Below the pieces are notes generated by a model, which was not told where the DNA came from, did no database searches, and saw nothing but the letters and a program-made list of their open reading frames with translations. This document shows, one piece after another, positions 27,516-41,500 of a stretch of 64,000 bases of DNA. Made by a program: the position numbers and the translations under genes. Source of the DNA: Eledone cirrhosa (taxonomy: Eukaryota); contig OZ024740.1 of assembly GCA_964016885.1 (NCBI GenBank), forward strand, positions 161,014,001 to 161,078,000, given 5' to 3'. The first letter of the stretch is position 1. The number at the start of each line of letters is the position of its first letter.

Positions 27516-28280
27516 TAGACAATGAGTTACACAAATACACCTTTCACTGTACAAGAAAAGCATTTATTGCATTTCATTAATATGTGAAGGTATTGCATTT
27601 AGAAAGTGATAATCCCGATATTATATTGGATTCAGTTATAGTATCAGATTCAGTTATAGTATCAGATTCAGTTATAGTAAATTTACCTTCATACATCAAA
27701 TTATCAAAACAGAGTAATAACTTGAATGGAATTCAGGACCATATAACAAGACTAGGCACGTCATTAGAAGGAAGAATAGCAGATATAAAATAGAAAAGGA
27801 ATCAGCATGCATATACAAAAGGTTCATAAGAAGAAGCAGTGGTTATTAATTTGATACCTTAATAGTAGTAGGTAATTTCTTCCTCAAGGCATGGCTATGC
27901 AATTGCCAACAGGATTGGCTGCTGATTGGCTGAAAGTAGTCTATTGCAGTGACCTATGGCTATTTTTGCTGGTAGTTTAATGAGATGTCACTGTGTTGGT
28001 GTTATTTACTTATGACTGTGTTTCAGTGCTTATGGCTATTTTGATAAAAAAAATGTTGTTATTGTTTTATGGCCATTCCGATAAGGGCGAATTTAGTGTC
28101 TAATTGGATATGCGGAGGTAAATTTACCATAATTGAATCCAATTTTTACCAATATAATATTGAGATTAATGCTTTCTACATGCTATACCTTCACATATTA
28201 ATGAAACATATCTAAATGTTATGCAATAAATGCTCATCTTCTTGTACAGTGAACAGTGTATTTGTGTAACTCATTGTCTA
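27516..28280. mobile_element. Foldback element with about 185-bp inverted arms
   Basis: 27516-27705 versus 28097-28280. The outer 25 bp are a perfect inverted repeat. Confidence 0.75.
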
Positions 28281-28581
28281 ATTATATATATATATATTTA
28301 TATATACAGAGAGAGATGTATTTGTATATATATATGTATAAATATATATGTATAAATATATATGTATAAATATATATGTATAAATATATATGTATAAATA
28401 TATATGTATTTATGTACATGAGTGGAAGAACGTGTTTTTTTTCCTGCAGCATATCACACAATCGGATTTTCATGTGAAGATGCCGTTATCATAACAACAA
28501 CAAATGCAGAAATTATATCATGGATTGCATAAGAGATCCGTTGAAATAATTATTATGACTAATCGATTTATGTAACATTCT

Positions 28582-28612
<31 letters not shown>

Positions 28613-28738
28613 ATAATGTGTGTGTATAATGTATTGTGTTTGTGTGTAATGTATTTCTGTAGAAAAGGTAACGGAAAGAAGAGTGCTCTATGTATTGTAC
28701 AGAGCTATTTAATTACATATTAAACAACACAATATAAT

Positions 28739-28812
28739 TATTCAATTACCAACGGTTTCAGGAAAATAGACGATCCTAACAGGAAGGTCCGGTACACTCA
28801 TCAGATGAAATA
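28739..28812 (-). ncRNA. Hammerhead motif, partly decayed
   Basis: TATTTCAT-CTGATGA-[imperfect stem II]-GAAA-CCgttGG-TA-ATTGAATA. Stem I pairs 7/8. Confidence 0.6.
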
Positions 28813-29185
28813 TTTATGTTATGGATATAAGATTTGAAAGTAAAATCTATTAAAAATGAAAGTGAGGCTGAATTAAAATAATGGAAAACTACATGTACAC
28901 ACAGATTCCGTCAAACATACATGCACATACACATATAAATAAAAATAAATGCATGCATCCATACTTACATACATATACACATACACATACATATATACAC
29001 ATACAATAGCTATACGCATACATATATATAATACACACACACATATATACACATATATGCACATACATAAAATACGTACGTTCACATATGATGGCTGCCC
29101 CCTCGTTATCGAGTATGGCCATTGCACGAGGAGAAAAAACAAAACAATATTAATAAATAAATAAAAAAAATAAATAAATAAAAAG

Positions 29186-29271
<86 letters not shown>

Positions 29272-29457
29272 ATATACACATATACACATATACACACATA
29301 TATATATATATATATACACATATATATATACATACACACATATACATTAATAACAATAATAATAATAATAACAACAATAATGATATACATATACATATAT
29401 ATATACACACACACGCACACACATAAACATATCTATACACACACACACGATAGCAAC

Positions 29458-29700
29458 TAACAGCGCTGCGATCGAATGTGGCTTTTTAGCCCAGCCAATG
29501 ATCTAAAATGTCTTGCACAGAGTCGACAACCAAAACATTCACTGGGAATAGCCGGCTGTGGTTGGAGTTCATGTACTTTTGCATGTCGCTTGAAACTTCC
29601 TGCTGATTTACATTCTCTACCACATGTTTAGCAAGCATGGTGAGTAGCATCTCCAACAGCAGCCTGGTAGTCAACCACTGGTCTTACTTTATGACTGCGA
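29458..29700 (-). pseudogene. Fragment with two C2H2 zinc fingers, probably a LINE ORF C-terminus
   Basis: C*TCGRECKSAGSFKRHAKVH..CRLCARHFRSLAGLKSHIRS, in a frame not shown in the ORF track. Confidence 0.65.
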
Positions 29701-30852
29701 AGATGTGGAAGTTACACAAATATTTTAGTATATTTTACCAGAGCAATCCTTATTTATATTTTACATTTTACATTTACTTACATCTCAATATAACATGGCT
29801 AAAATTCAAATTTTGCAAAGAGAAGAAAACGGACAAATGAACTAGATACATCTCACTCTCTCCCCACCATCACATGTCATTACCCTATCGAGACTAAAGT
29901 CATCGACCTGTTGTCAAACTCTCTACTCTGTGTTGAATGTGTATATATATGTATGTATATGTGTGTATATACATCACTCAGTCAAACGACCAGATTTCAA
30001 CCCCAACATCTACAACAACACCGGCACTAATGTTTACAGCAACAACAGCTTCAGAATGAATTGAAATGAACATTTACAACAACAATAACAGCGGCATCAA
30101 ACGATAAAAAAACAACCCACAAACAAACAAAAAAACTCAAAATAACAAAACACACACACGCACACAACACAACACAATAACATCAACTGCCACCACCACC
30201 ACCGCCGCCATCACCGTCACCAGCGACCTGGCCTTAAGAAAACAACTTTAATAATAATAATTTTTCTGCTTTTGGCACGGATCAAGCGACTGGTCCAGCG
30301 CATTACTGGTACTCACTTTTGTTGACTCCGTGGGGATGAAAGGCAAGGTGGACCTCGGCGGGATTTAAGCTCAGAGCGTGGAGAGCCATAGCTCTATGCT
30401 GTAAAGCAATTATAATAATACTGGACTGTAATACGAACGGCTTCAACTATACAAACTCTTGAAAGTCAACAGTTGACATAATCTTGTAATCTTGTATCAG
30501 TAATGACGGTAATATATATATATGTGTATGTGTGTGGGTAAGTGAGTAGCGTGTGTGTGTTTGTTTGTATGTATTAGTGTTGCAGTGTGCACGCGTATGT
30601 ATGCGTGTGTCTGCGCGCGTATGTATACGCGTGTGTGTATGTCGTACGTATAAGTGTCAATAAACGTTCACATATATATACATACATACGTACACATCAA
30701 ATAATAACGTAATTATATATATATGTGTAGGAGGTGAGTTTTATTGTAGTACAATAAAGCAATGCAGATATCGGATAAGTAGCACTCTACAGTTTGTAGG
30801 ACTGGAGTATAAATAATATATAAGATCAAAAGATGGTTAAAAGAGTTCCATG

Positions 30853-30923
30853 TATTTTATTATGCGCATTTCAAAAACAAATATCATCATGCAATAACAT
30901 TTGCGTTTTCGTCAGATAAAATA
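30853..30923 (-). ncRNA. Intact minimal hammerhead ribozyme motif
   Basis: TATTTTAT-CTGACGA-[16-bp stem II, one mismatch, GCAT loop]-GAAA-TGCGCA-TA-ATAAAATA. Confidence 0.85.
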
Positions 30924-31122
30924 GGGAGACATGATATGAAGGTTAAAACACACTTGCGAATAGTGCAGTTTTAAATCAACATATGTTGATTTATATACGT
31001 TTTTATACATACATGTATATAATTAATTTCAATATGAAATATACAAGTGTTTAAGTTTCGTTCAGTTATGCACCCCCAACTCCACCGTTTATATAAACAA
31101 TGTTGGTTACCCCCCCCCCCCC

Positions 31123-31810
31123 TATGAAGCGGAAGTGAGATTCACCAACCTGAACTACCAAATTAAAGCCTGGACTTATGTTTGAGAGCCGGCTCAAAAG
31201 TCATTCGCTGAACCATGAAACAACCTTCAGACATCATGAAAAAAACATACCATTCAGCGCACGAACTATGTGTGGAACTTCAAAAGTAACAAACAACACA
31301 GCATTCTCCATTAAATGTAGGAAACTAGACCCCCCCCCCCCCACACACGCACACTATATCAAAGGGACGACATTTTGCCAGCTGTGTAACTCAAATAAGT
31401 GGAATATACTCTCACAATTGGCTTCAGAGAAACGCTGCATAAATACCTGACTCAACATGCTTTAGTCGCTATCACCATGAAGCAAAATTCATTCTGAAAA
31501 ATGGTATAGACTGGATTAACTGAATTTATTTTCTTCAACTTTTCAGCTTAACTCTTGGGCTACTTTTACAACACAAGTTTTCTCTCTTTTGCATGTTTTA
31601 TAGTTACGTCCCTTTACTTATTTAAGCTATTTATAGCTCATTCGGGAGTATAGCCATCTTTGTTTATATAACAGGCTGAATGTGTTAGGGTGTATAACCA
31701 AATGAAACTTAAGTACATGTATATATCACTGTTTTAACTAATTATGCTTAACTTGTCCTATGAACAAAGTGCTTGTATCCGAGGATATTTATACCAAATT
31801 TGTACTAATA
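31123..31810 (+). mobile_element. Penelope-like element 3' relic (GIY-YIG endonuclease C-terminus plus 3' UTR)
   Basis: Broken translation YEAEV..FESRLKSH.LNHETTFRH..FSIK..KGTTFCQLC..HHEAKFILKN resembles the Naiad/Neptune-type PLE endonuclease end. Degenerate hammerhead at 31665-31725. Ends at (TA)n. Confidence 0.65.
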
Positions 31811-31929
31811 TATATATATATGTACTCCATAAGTCATAGTGAAAGCAATGCATCTAAGAGAGTAGACACTGAATAAAAACTGATACAGGGTGTTAAGAAC
31901 TCTTGTGTCCACTAAGATATCAATCTCTA

Positions 31930-34900
31930 ATTCTGGTGGCACTAATAATGCACCCAACTCATACTGTAAAGTGGTTGGTGATAGGAAGGGCATGCAACCA
32001 GAAAATACACTACCAAAATTATAGAAAGCATAACAAATAACATTCACAATAATTGTGTATAGAGGGCTTACAATAGTGATGTTAGTACTGCACACAGTAG
32101 AGGAGTGGCAAGAGTAGCCATGTGCAAGAACCCCTCGGTTATCATCAAGCAATTGCACAGCCTTTTTTCTTCCAGGTACAGAGAACTGCTACTCAAGGAA
32201 CTAAACATTGTCAAGTTACAAATTTCAAGAATGTCATCCTTAATGTTGGCACTCTGAAAGACAAATCAGGTGAAACTGTAGAACTGTTAGAGAGAAGAGA
32301 AGTGGGTGTATGCTGTCTACACGACGTGAGATGTAGGGATGCCTCACTGAGACTAGTGACAGGCAATCATCATAGATAAAAACTTTACTGGGTAAGAAAG
32401 GGTGAGAAGGAAGGTGGTGTAGGCATTCTACTTGCTGAGAAATGGATAGATAAGGTGATAGAGTTTGTTAGAGCGACAGGATTATCAAGCTTAAAAGAGC
32501 TGTAGGAAATTGAATGGTGACTATTACATCGATGCATCACAGACAAGACTGAATGAAGAACAATAGGATAGGTTCTATGAAGAAATTTTACTGACAACTT
32601 TAGCTACCAATGAAAAAGACCTCATCATCCTGGCCGAGACTTCAATGGACATGTTGGACAGTACTAGGATGGATCACTGGAGTTCACAACGGCTATGGTT
32701 AAGACTCAATAAATGAAGAGGGGGGTGAGCCTCCTGGAATTATGCGAAGCAAACGAACTAATCATTTGCAACACAAATTTCAGGAAACCAGCATGTCACC
32801 TGATCACATACCAATCAAGTGAAGACAGGCCAGATTCATTTCTTACTTGTAATAAAACGAATCAGACAGACAGTAATAAAAACTAAGGCATTCCCTGCAG
32901 GAGAATATGCCACTCAACACAAGTTAGTTATTTTTGATATCAGGATAAATGCAAAATGGAACAAAATACACAGGAAAATATGGAAATGGAAGGTTTGGAA
33001 ACTAAAAGAACTTTCTGTTAAATATAGGTTTAGAAAGGCCTTACAGGAGTCATTTGATGAGAGTGGGGACGAGTGAGAGGATAATTAGAAATTCCCTTGT
33101 TACAAACATTTACGAGCTAGTGGCAAGATTTGTGGCTGGAATAAATCACCAGCCAGACAGAACATGACCAGGTGGGAAAACAGCGCAGCGAATAGAGCCA
33201 TTAAAGCCAAGAGACAGACATGAAAAGACTGGAAATATGGGGGGGGGGACCAATACCGGGTAGCTAAAAGAGAAGCTAGATGACAGGTATATATAGCTTA
33301 GAAAGGGCTGAAGAAAACAGTTAGGGATGTTTTGGGATGTGAGGATCAATGCCATGAAGTATTTCACATTGCAAGGCAGCATGTTAGGGAGAATCAGGAT
33401 CTTGTTGGGGAAAAGTGTGTTAGAAATAACATTGGTACACTTAGTACTTCTGATGCTCAAAAGAAAGGCTTGAAAATATTACTATGAGAAGGTGATGAAT
33501 ATAGAGAATTAATGGGAGGAAATGAGACTACCCACAACTTACCAAACTGAGGGACTAGTTACTGAAATTGACAGTTATAGAGTCAAAGAACCAATCAAAG
33601 AGATGATGAATGATAAAGCTGCAGGGCTATCAGCAATAGTTGCCGAGATGCAAAAAGCATTTGGAGAAGTAGGCGCTGAACTAGAAACCTGCATAATCAA
33701 CCAGGTAATACAAGACAGTCATACCCATGACTGGTACAACAGTACACTCATAAATTGCTACAAGAGTAAAGGGGATATTCCAAAAAGGTGCAACTACAGA
33801 GGAATAAAACTGATGAACCAAGATAGGAAAATGATGGAAAGAGTTCCAGCACAGTTAATTAAGGAAAGAATCAAGTTAGACAAGATGCAGTTCGATTTTA
33901 TGCCTAGGAAAAGTATTACAGATGTCCCATTCATAGTGAGACAACTTCAAGGGAAGTTCCTAGCCAAGGATAAGCTGCTATATCTAGCTTTTTTAATCTA
34001 GAAAAGGCCTTGTTATCTGGTGGTCCTTAAGACTTAAGAAATTTAGGTATAGAAGAATGGCTTGTAAGAGCAGTGCAAGCCATGTACAGAGGAGCTGTCA
34101 GTAAAAAGAGAGAAGGAAGTGAGTTTAGTAAAGAATTCAAGGTGCAGGTAGTAGTTCATCTGTGTTCTGAGCCCACTGCTGCTCATCATATTTCTCCAGG
34201 CCATAGCTAAGGAGTTCAAGACTGGTTGTCTGTGGGAACTTCTCTATACAGATGATCTGTTTCTTATGGGTGAATCCATATAAAAGAACTAGAGAATGAG
34301 TTCTGACTATGGACACAGAATTTGAAATAAAAGGGGCTGAGAGTAAACTTAGCCAAACCTGTTTGGGATAACAGGTAGACTAACAGGAAGAGAAGACTTT
34401 GTATGTAAAAGATGCACAGGAGTAATCAAGGGTGTGAGTGATATAAACCGTTTCTAGTGCCATGAAGGATCCATAGAAGTTGTTATCTAGGTGACTTAAT
34501 TAGTAGCAGGTGAAGGTGCTCTGGGAGCAAAATAGCTAGAATAAGGATAGAATGGGAGAAGTTTAAAGAGCTACTCCCACTGTTGATAACAAATAATTTC
34601 TCACTATGTACAAAAGGAGGGCTGTATGACACGTGTGTGCAAAGTGTGATACTGCATGGTAGTAAAACATGGGCAGTGACGGCAGAGGACATGCATAGGA
34701 CATGCATAGAGAAATGAAGCTACCATGCTTTGTTGGATGTGCAATGTAAATGTGAGAGAAAAGCAGAGGCTGGATGAACTGAGAAAGTGGGTTTAAGATG
34801 AATCCAAAGTGGTGTGCAAAAGAGAAGACTGTGTTTGTATGGATATGAGATGTCCATGGATGATGATCACTAGGTGAAGAAGTGCCAACAAATCCCATTG

Positions 34901-34960
34901 GTAGGAAACTGCAGTCAAGATAGACCGAGGAAGACCTGGGCAGTAGTGTAGGGAGCTGAT
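31930..34960 (+). mobile_element. Decayed full-length RTE LINE (PHD family)
   Basis: LNVGTLK, TQHKLV, NYRGIKL, MQFDFMP..QLQGKFLAK, YTDD. Collinear with 23190-26297. Confidence 0.92.
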
Positions 34961-35209
34961 CTTAAATATACACATTTAAAAGCATAATACTTTAAGATTT
35001 CAGATACACAACAATGATAATATTGAGTTTATTAATCAGACAAATAGCATTCTCTTTTTAGCAACTTATTGTTTCATAGAAATTATAAATTTAAAAGGCT
35101 TTGTACATGGAATAAAATTGGATCCGCTTCCTTTGCATGCAAATAATTACATCTTGGATGGATGTTGTGATGTCATATATCTGATGATTTTTTGATACAA
35201 TATTATTAT

Positions 35210-35435
35210 GGGTGGTGGATTGGCAGTATCGGTAGAGCGTCAGACACTATGCTTTGTGGCATAGAGTTACGACCGTTTACGGTCTGAGTCAAAATCTTGC
35301 CGAAGTTAGCTTTGCCTTTCATCCTTACAGGGTCGATAAAATAAAGTACTAGTGATGCGCTGGGGTTGATTTACTCGACTTTCCCCTCCCCCAAGATTGC
35401 TGGCCTTGTGCCTAAATCTGAAACCATTATTATTG
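35210..35435 (+). mobile_element. SINE copy
   Basis: Full head/core/tail between ATTATT runs. Confidence 0.9.
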
Positions 35436-35917
35436 ATGTCTATCTGAAACTATAAGTAACATGCTTTAACATAGATCCCTAAACTGGGATATAAATACAT
35501 TTAACTCTATTTTTATTACATAGTATATAAGCAGTATATTAGCAGTATATAAGCAGTATACAAGCTCTGAAGCATTCATCAGTGTTTCCAGAAACATAAT
35601 CTTGTTATTATTCATATTCCTTCAAAATCAAAGTTATAACTTTATTTTTGTTATTTTTATTTTCTACTCCCTGTTTTCCAACGTAATACATTATTAAGTT
35701 AGTTCTTGCAACCAAAATTCACTTAGATGAATGATATTTTCAGTTAATAATGCCACTCGTAAAATATAATGGTCCTTTTACATCAGCACCAAAATCTCGT
35801 TTTCTAATCATTTCAATATAATTATAAGTTCGTCATGGTGTGTGTGCTACATAATCATATATAAAAAAAAACCTTCCCACATTATTATTATTATTGTTGT
35901 TATTTTTATCATTGTTG

Positions 35918-35970
<53 letters not shown>

Positions 35971-37630
35971 TTATTGTTGCTGCTATCATTATCATTATTA
36001 TTGTTGTTGTTTCTTTGAGCTAAATTTTGAATGCTGCAAAATAAAAAAGAAATGAATCAAGCTTCTTATTTCAAAGATTTTACAGTTTTAATATGTGTAT
36101 GTGTGTGAATATTAAAATTGTAGATCTTTGGTATAAGTAGTCAGAATTAAGATGAAATTCAGTTTCTGATTCTATACAATTTTACATGCGTATGTGTGTG
36201 TGTATATATATATATGTGTGTGTCTGTGTCTGTGTGTAGGCTTAATACATTTTTAAACATGAAAACCGTGACTGCAGTGGAAGTATATCTCTGACTATAG
36301 AAATGAATTTCATTATCAAACATTTTTAAATTGATATATATCAATGCAATGCGCCTTTCTGCAATTCCATAGCCTTCTTACTCTTTTTTTATTTCTAATG
36401 CACACATAAGCTCAGCCCCTCTTCTCTTTCTCTCTCCCACACACACACACACTCTCTCTCTTCTCTTCTCTGTAATAGCTTGAACTATTTTCCATGTTTC
36501 TTATTGGAAGTTTTTCTTCATTACCATTAGCTAACATACATATGTTGTTTCTCTGTCTGGCTCTCTTTCACACACACTCTACACACAGAAACTCCCCCCC
36601 ACATGCACACAAATAAATGCACAGATACACACACACACACTCTCTTTCTCTCAAGTTTGGTTCTGTTGCTTATTTCTGAACACCAACAAAAAACATTTAC
36701 AAATGATTCCCTTGTGTCTGTCTCTCCCCTTCTCTCACTGTTTCCCTCTCTTATTCACAATCACACACTCTCTCTTTCTTTCTCATTCTCTAATACACAC
36801 ACACACACACACAAACACTTCTTTTCTTTCTTTCTCACGGACCTTCTCTCAGGTGCTTTTCCTGTATACCAGCAAATAAATCCACACCTGTACATGTAAT
36901 AGACATTAATTCTCTTAAAGTTCAAGGAAGTACAAACGTGTAGAAATGGTAGACACACCAGAAATAACAGTCAAATCTCCTTCAAATCGCACTCTACTGT
37001 CTTAATAAAGGAAAGAGTCATTGGAAACAATTCTGTGTTAGATATACAAAAGAATGGGATGGTTACAACTAGATTGATATTTATTATAGGCATGTCTATT
37101 TATCAGGAGATAAACAACAACTTGAACTTATTTAATTCCTCCCAGAAGGATGAATGGTAATGTCAATTACAGTGTATTTGGACCGATAGCATAAAATTAT
37201 GTCACTAAATATATACTGATTTTGCGGATTAATAATATTTTTACTACAATGGCCTCTATTTCTCAGAGCTGGTCGGTTTTGTGCCACTTCAAATTAGGCA
37301 CTCAGAGCTTATTTGTCTTGTCTATCATCCACTTATCATCCTTGCTGTGTCTATCCCTGCTCCAAATTCCATACTAACTACTATGCACAGTCCATCTGGA
37401 ACTCTCTCTCTCTTTCTCTCTCTCTCTCTCTGGTCATGTCTTTCCTCGAGACATTGACTTGCAAAGGTTTAAGCAGAACATAAACAGTATCATTCTCACT
37501 GGTGTTTGATGACCTTTGAAGTGCATGGGAACTGCCTCTTTCTCCAAACTGAACAAGTTGAAATTATACACACACAACTCTTGCTAGCAGGAAAAGCGGA
37601 CGTTAAAATGACAATTATGATGATGATGAC

Positions 37631-37710
<80 letters not shown>

Positions 37711-39428
37711 AAACAAAGCAACACAACTTGAGGATTTTTGTATATGCTAATATATGCTAATTACTTATTATGTTTACGTTTACCTACCTGCTTATTTTAA
37801 GAAGCACTCCAGAAGGCTGTCATGAGACCCACAAAGCTAACCCCTACTTTAGTAAGAGAAATGGCTTTAAAATATCTGTAGTTTTGTGCAATGAATCTTT
37901 GCATGTCATAAGATTGGTGCTAGGAAGGGCATCTGTCATGGGGCTTCCAAGGCTAACCTTTACTTTAGTAGAAAAATAAGTCTTAAAATGCTTAGTGTGT
38001 TGTATACCATATCCCTATGTATTGTAAGGAGCTAAAGAGGTTGACTCCAAGAAGCACATAAAGCTGTAAGGTCCCTAAGATGAATATGAAACCTGCAAGG
38101 TAAACCTTTGTTTTATTAGGGAATATGGCGTTAAAAATTATTGTTGTTGTACCTGTCTACCCTACCCACCTATCTACTCTACCTACTTATCTACTCTGTC
38201 AGGATTTGAGGCAATTGTGTAGACAATTACTTCCTAAATTTAAGAAGCAATATTAGTTGAATTTAATCAGCAGCAATATCATAAGAGTAACGACTTTTTA
38301 TAAAGCATAATCATTCTTCCATTATATTGTCGTTATTGTTTACCACTCTCTTAATGAGACATCTTAAAATCTTAATGAAATACAGTATTAACATTTTGAC
38401 GAGTATCTCTAAGTTACTTATCTCAACACAGCCACTTCTGCTATTCAACTTTTATTGTTTGAACGAAGATATGTCGATGAAAGTTGGAAAGTCATTACTT
38501 AGTAAATAATGGTTTCAGAAAGTCACACATTTCAACAACATCGTTAAAAGCATTGATTTCTACTAGATTACCACTGTTATATTTGCATCATCATATAAAA
38601 TAGACAAAACTGGCTATTAGAGATTAATGTTCAGTTGTGATCAAATTAGCATTACCTTTGGCAGAGATATGTAGATAAACAGCTAATTATATCGATAATT
38701 AGGTGTGTTTATATGGATAGATGAGATAGAAAGATAAATATATGTAGATATATATCAATTGATAGATAGAGAGATAAGGAGATATGTAGACAGTCAGAGA
38801 GAGAGAGAGAAATTAGTAGTCTTATATGTATATATATTTAGGGGGGGGGGGCATAAATAGATAGCTAAGTAGGTAGATAAGTATATCTATTAACATTGTA
38901 ATCACTGCAATTGTATGGTTGTTGAAGGCAGTTAATGGATCTTTGTAATCTTTTGGTTTCTTCAGTATAAGCCATGCCTTTACCCTTTGCAGAGAACAGA
39001 TTAATAATTAAATAAGTCTTTTGTGAATCAAACTAGGAACCAGAGCTGAATTGGTAAATATTAGAAAGTTAATACGTTTCTAAATGTATATGATGCTCAT
39101 TATCAAAAGTGCTCTTTGTGTTTATAATCTATTTGCATACTTCGCCCATTTCAAATTTCAATGCTATTCGAAATTAATCTTAAATACAATATGCATATAA
39201 TATGCAATAATCTTGTATATACATCATTATACAAAATTATATAATTGTAAATTACAAATCCTACAGCCTATTGGCATCTGACCGAGGTTAAGTACCATTT
39301 AGCTACATCAGTTTGCTACAAAGAAATGTGTTTGAGACAGCTGTTCTCTATAAATCTATCAAACATTAGGTGGCATTTTCTTTCTCCCCCTCTCTTTGTC
39401 TCTCTCATTCTCTGTCTCTACTCCTCCT

Positions 39429-39486
<58 letters not shown>

Positions 39487-39750
39487 CTATATATATCTTT
39501 AATCTTAGGAGTAAGTAGACCAGACATACATGAAAGAACTCAATACAAGGAAAGTAGAGCAGTTAACTTTATTTTAGGATGTTTTATTGAAGTACATGTT
39601 TCAAATGTATTTTAACATATCTTCTTTCAAAACTATATGTGTGTATGTATATGTGAGTGTATGTGTATGTTAGTGTGTGTATGTGTGTGTTGTAGCTGAA
39701 AAGGTTCTTCTCAAAGTTTGAGATAGGATAGGGAACAAAAAGATGTAGAC

Positions 39751-39844
39751 CAGTGGCTTCAAACTTTTTCCTACTATGGATCATGTTTATTTAAAAGCTC
39801 ATGCACCCTAATGCGTTCTGCAGACTAAAGGTTGGGAACCTCTG
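39751..39844. mobile_element. 94-bp hAT/Charlie-type MITE
   Basis: TIRs CAGTGGCTTCAAACTTT / AAAGGTTGGGAACCTCTG. 8-bp TSD ATGTAGAC / ATGTAAAC. Confidence 0.8.
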
Positions 39845-40559
39845 ATGTAAACGACATGATAAATTTGTGATCAATATGGAACTCAATCCTTTTGATACCA
39901 GCTCACATGAAACTGCTCCAATTCTATGATATAAAAGTAGTTGTTTTATAGTGCCCACATTTATATTAAAACTGTCCATAATTTTATGACAGAACATTTT
40001 GTTAAGTAATGTTCCAAACACCAGCTTACTAATGAAAGTGTTAGTTATTTTATTAAATTCGTCAACATTTTTTATAACTTTCAAAATTAATTGAAGCACA
40101 AAAGCAGTGAATTTCATTAGAAATAAAGTAATGAAAGGTTTAATGTGTTGACAGATGTGTGTTATGGGAATTGTCTTCCGCAAAGTAACAATTCTCAGAA
40201 TGCTGAAATGCAAGTTGTATTTGGAGTAGAAATTAGTAAATGTGTAATCTAAAGCTATGAATCAAATAAAACTCCATCTCAGCTAACCCTGGGGGTAAAA
40301 AGAATAAAGAGTCAAACATTAACATATATAGAGTCAAACATTAACATATGAAAAGATTTACTGTTCAAGATGAATGATTGTTTTTTTTTTCTAAATGTAG
40401 TATAGAATACTGGTCACTAAATATGTTAATCTCACCTAGACATGAAAAACATATATTTTGTTTTCTTCTGTTTAGTGAGAGAAAAAAAGAATAGTGTCAT
40501 AACCCTTTTCAAGACCATCAAGGCTAGTGAGAGTAAGAAAGAACTGTATCATGGTGATA

Positions 40560-41240
40560 TTAAATCAGGCATTAGTGTAAATCTACAACTCAAGGGATAT
40601 AGGGGAGATGTTGTTTATAGCTACAGTTTATCCCTGATCGTGAATATCAATATAGAGAGATGGATGCCTTTCATGTTCTGTTTAAACTGTTACAAGTTGT
40701 CTCCTGGAGAAATATTTGAATGGGGTGGAAGTTCAAAAGAGCCAACGCTCTGGAGAGGAAGGCTTGAGGATAGTGGTTATTAAGCAAAATAAGCTCATGG
40801 CTAGGATATGGAGGGAAGAAGGATACCATTTTATTCAAATTAAATAAATTGATCATTCCAAAAAACATTTTTGTTGCAGACTTTATGTAGGGGAAAACCA
40901 TACCCTCTTGAATTCTTAGGGCTTAAAAAGGACTTAATACACCTCTGGATATGGGGCTGTAGAGAGAAAAGAGTAGGTCACTAGTGCCTATTTGAAAGGA
41001 GTATGTGACCAGCCAGCTCAGAGGAGGAGAAATCATTGTAATAGCAGAAGAGGTATAGAGAGTTGATTGTGTATCTATGAGTGACTTCATCTCAGTTTAT
41101 TGAGTGGCTTTGCTCTGAATGTGGTTTAGGTTATCTGTTTTGTGCAACAACAGTGCCATCCCATATTTAAGGGCAGTATTTTCATTGTGGATCTCTCCTC
41201 TGCACAGCATAAATTATTCGATGACTACCTTATACATTCT
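40560..41240 (-). mobile_element. CR1/L2-group LINE 3' relic
   Basis: Broken RSTM.YCP.IWDG..LNHIQSKA and AFLSR..LLN..P..IF motifs typical of the CR1/L2 ORF2 end. Confidence 0.55.
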
Positions 41241-41289
41241 TACCAAGATGTACTGATACTTTGGTTATTACAGGTAAGAGGGCCCTTAG

Positions 41290-41500
41290 CCCTTTAGCAT
41301 TTAAATCGGCCATATCCGGCCAGAATTCTCTCACCTCTTTCTGTTCAAATCAGCCTCTCATACTGATGTTAAGGTATTGTTCTCAAAATAAATAATATCA
41401 AAATCTCATAGATTCGATACTCTGCAAGATAATTATGTGAGGTAAAGCCTGTACTGTGAAAATATAATAGTAAATATAATGTAATATAAATGCTAAAAAG
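41290..41500. mobile_element. piggyBac-type MITE
   Basis: ttag-CCCTTTAGCATTTA ... TAAATGCTAAAAAG-ctaa: inverted termini with degenerate TTAA flanks. Confidence 0.65.
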
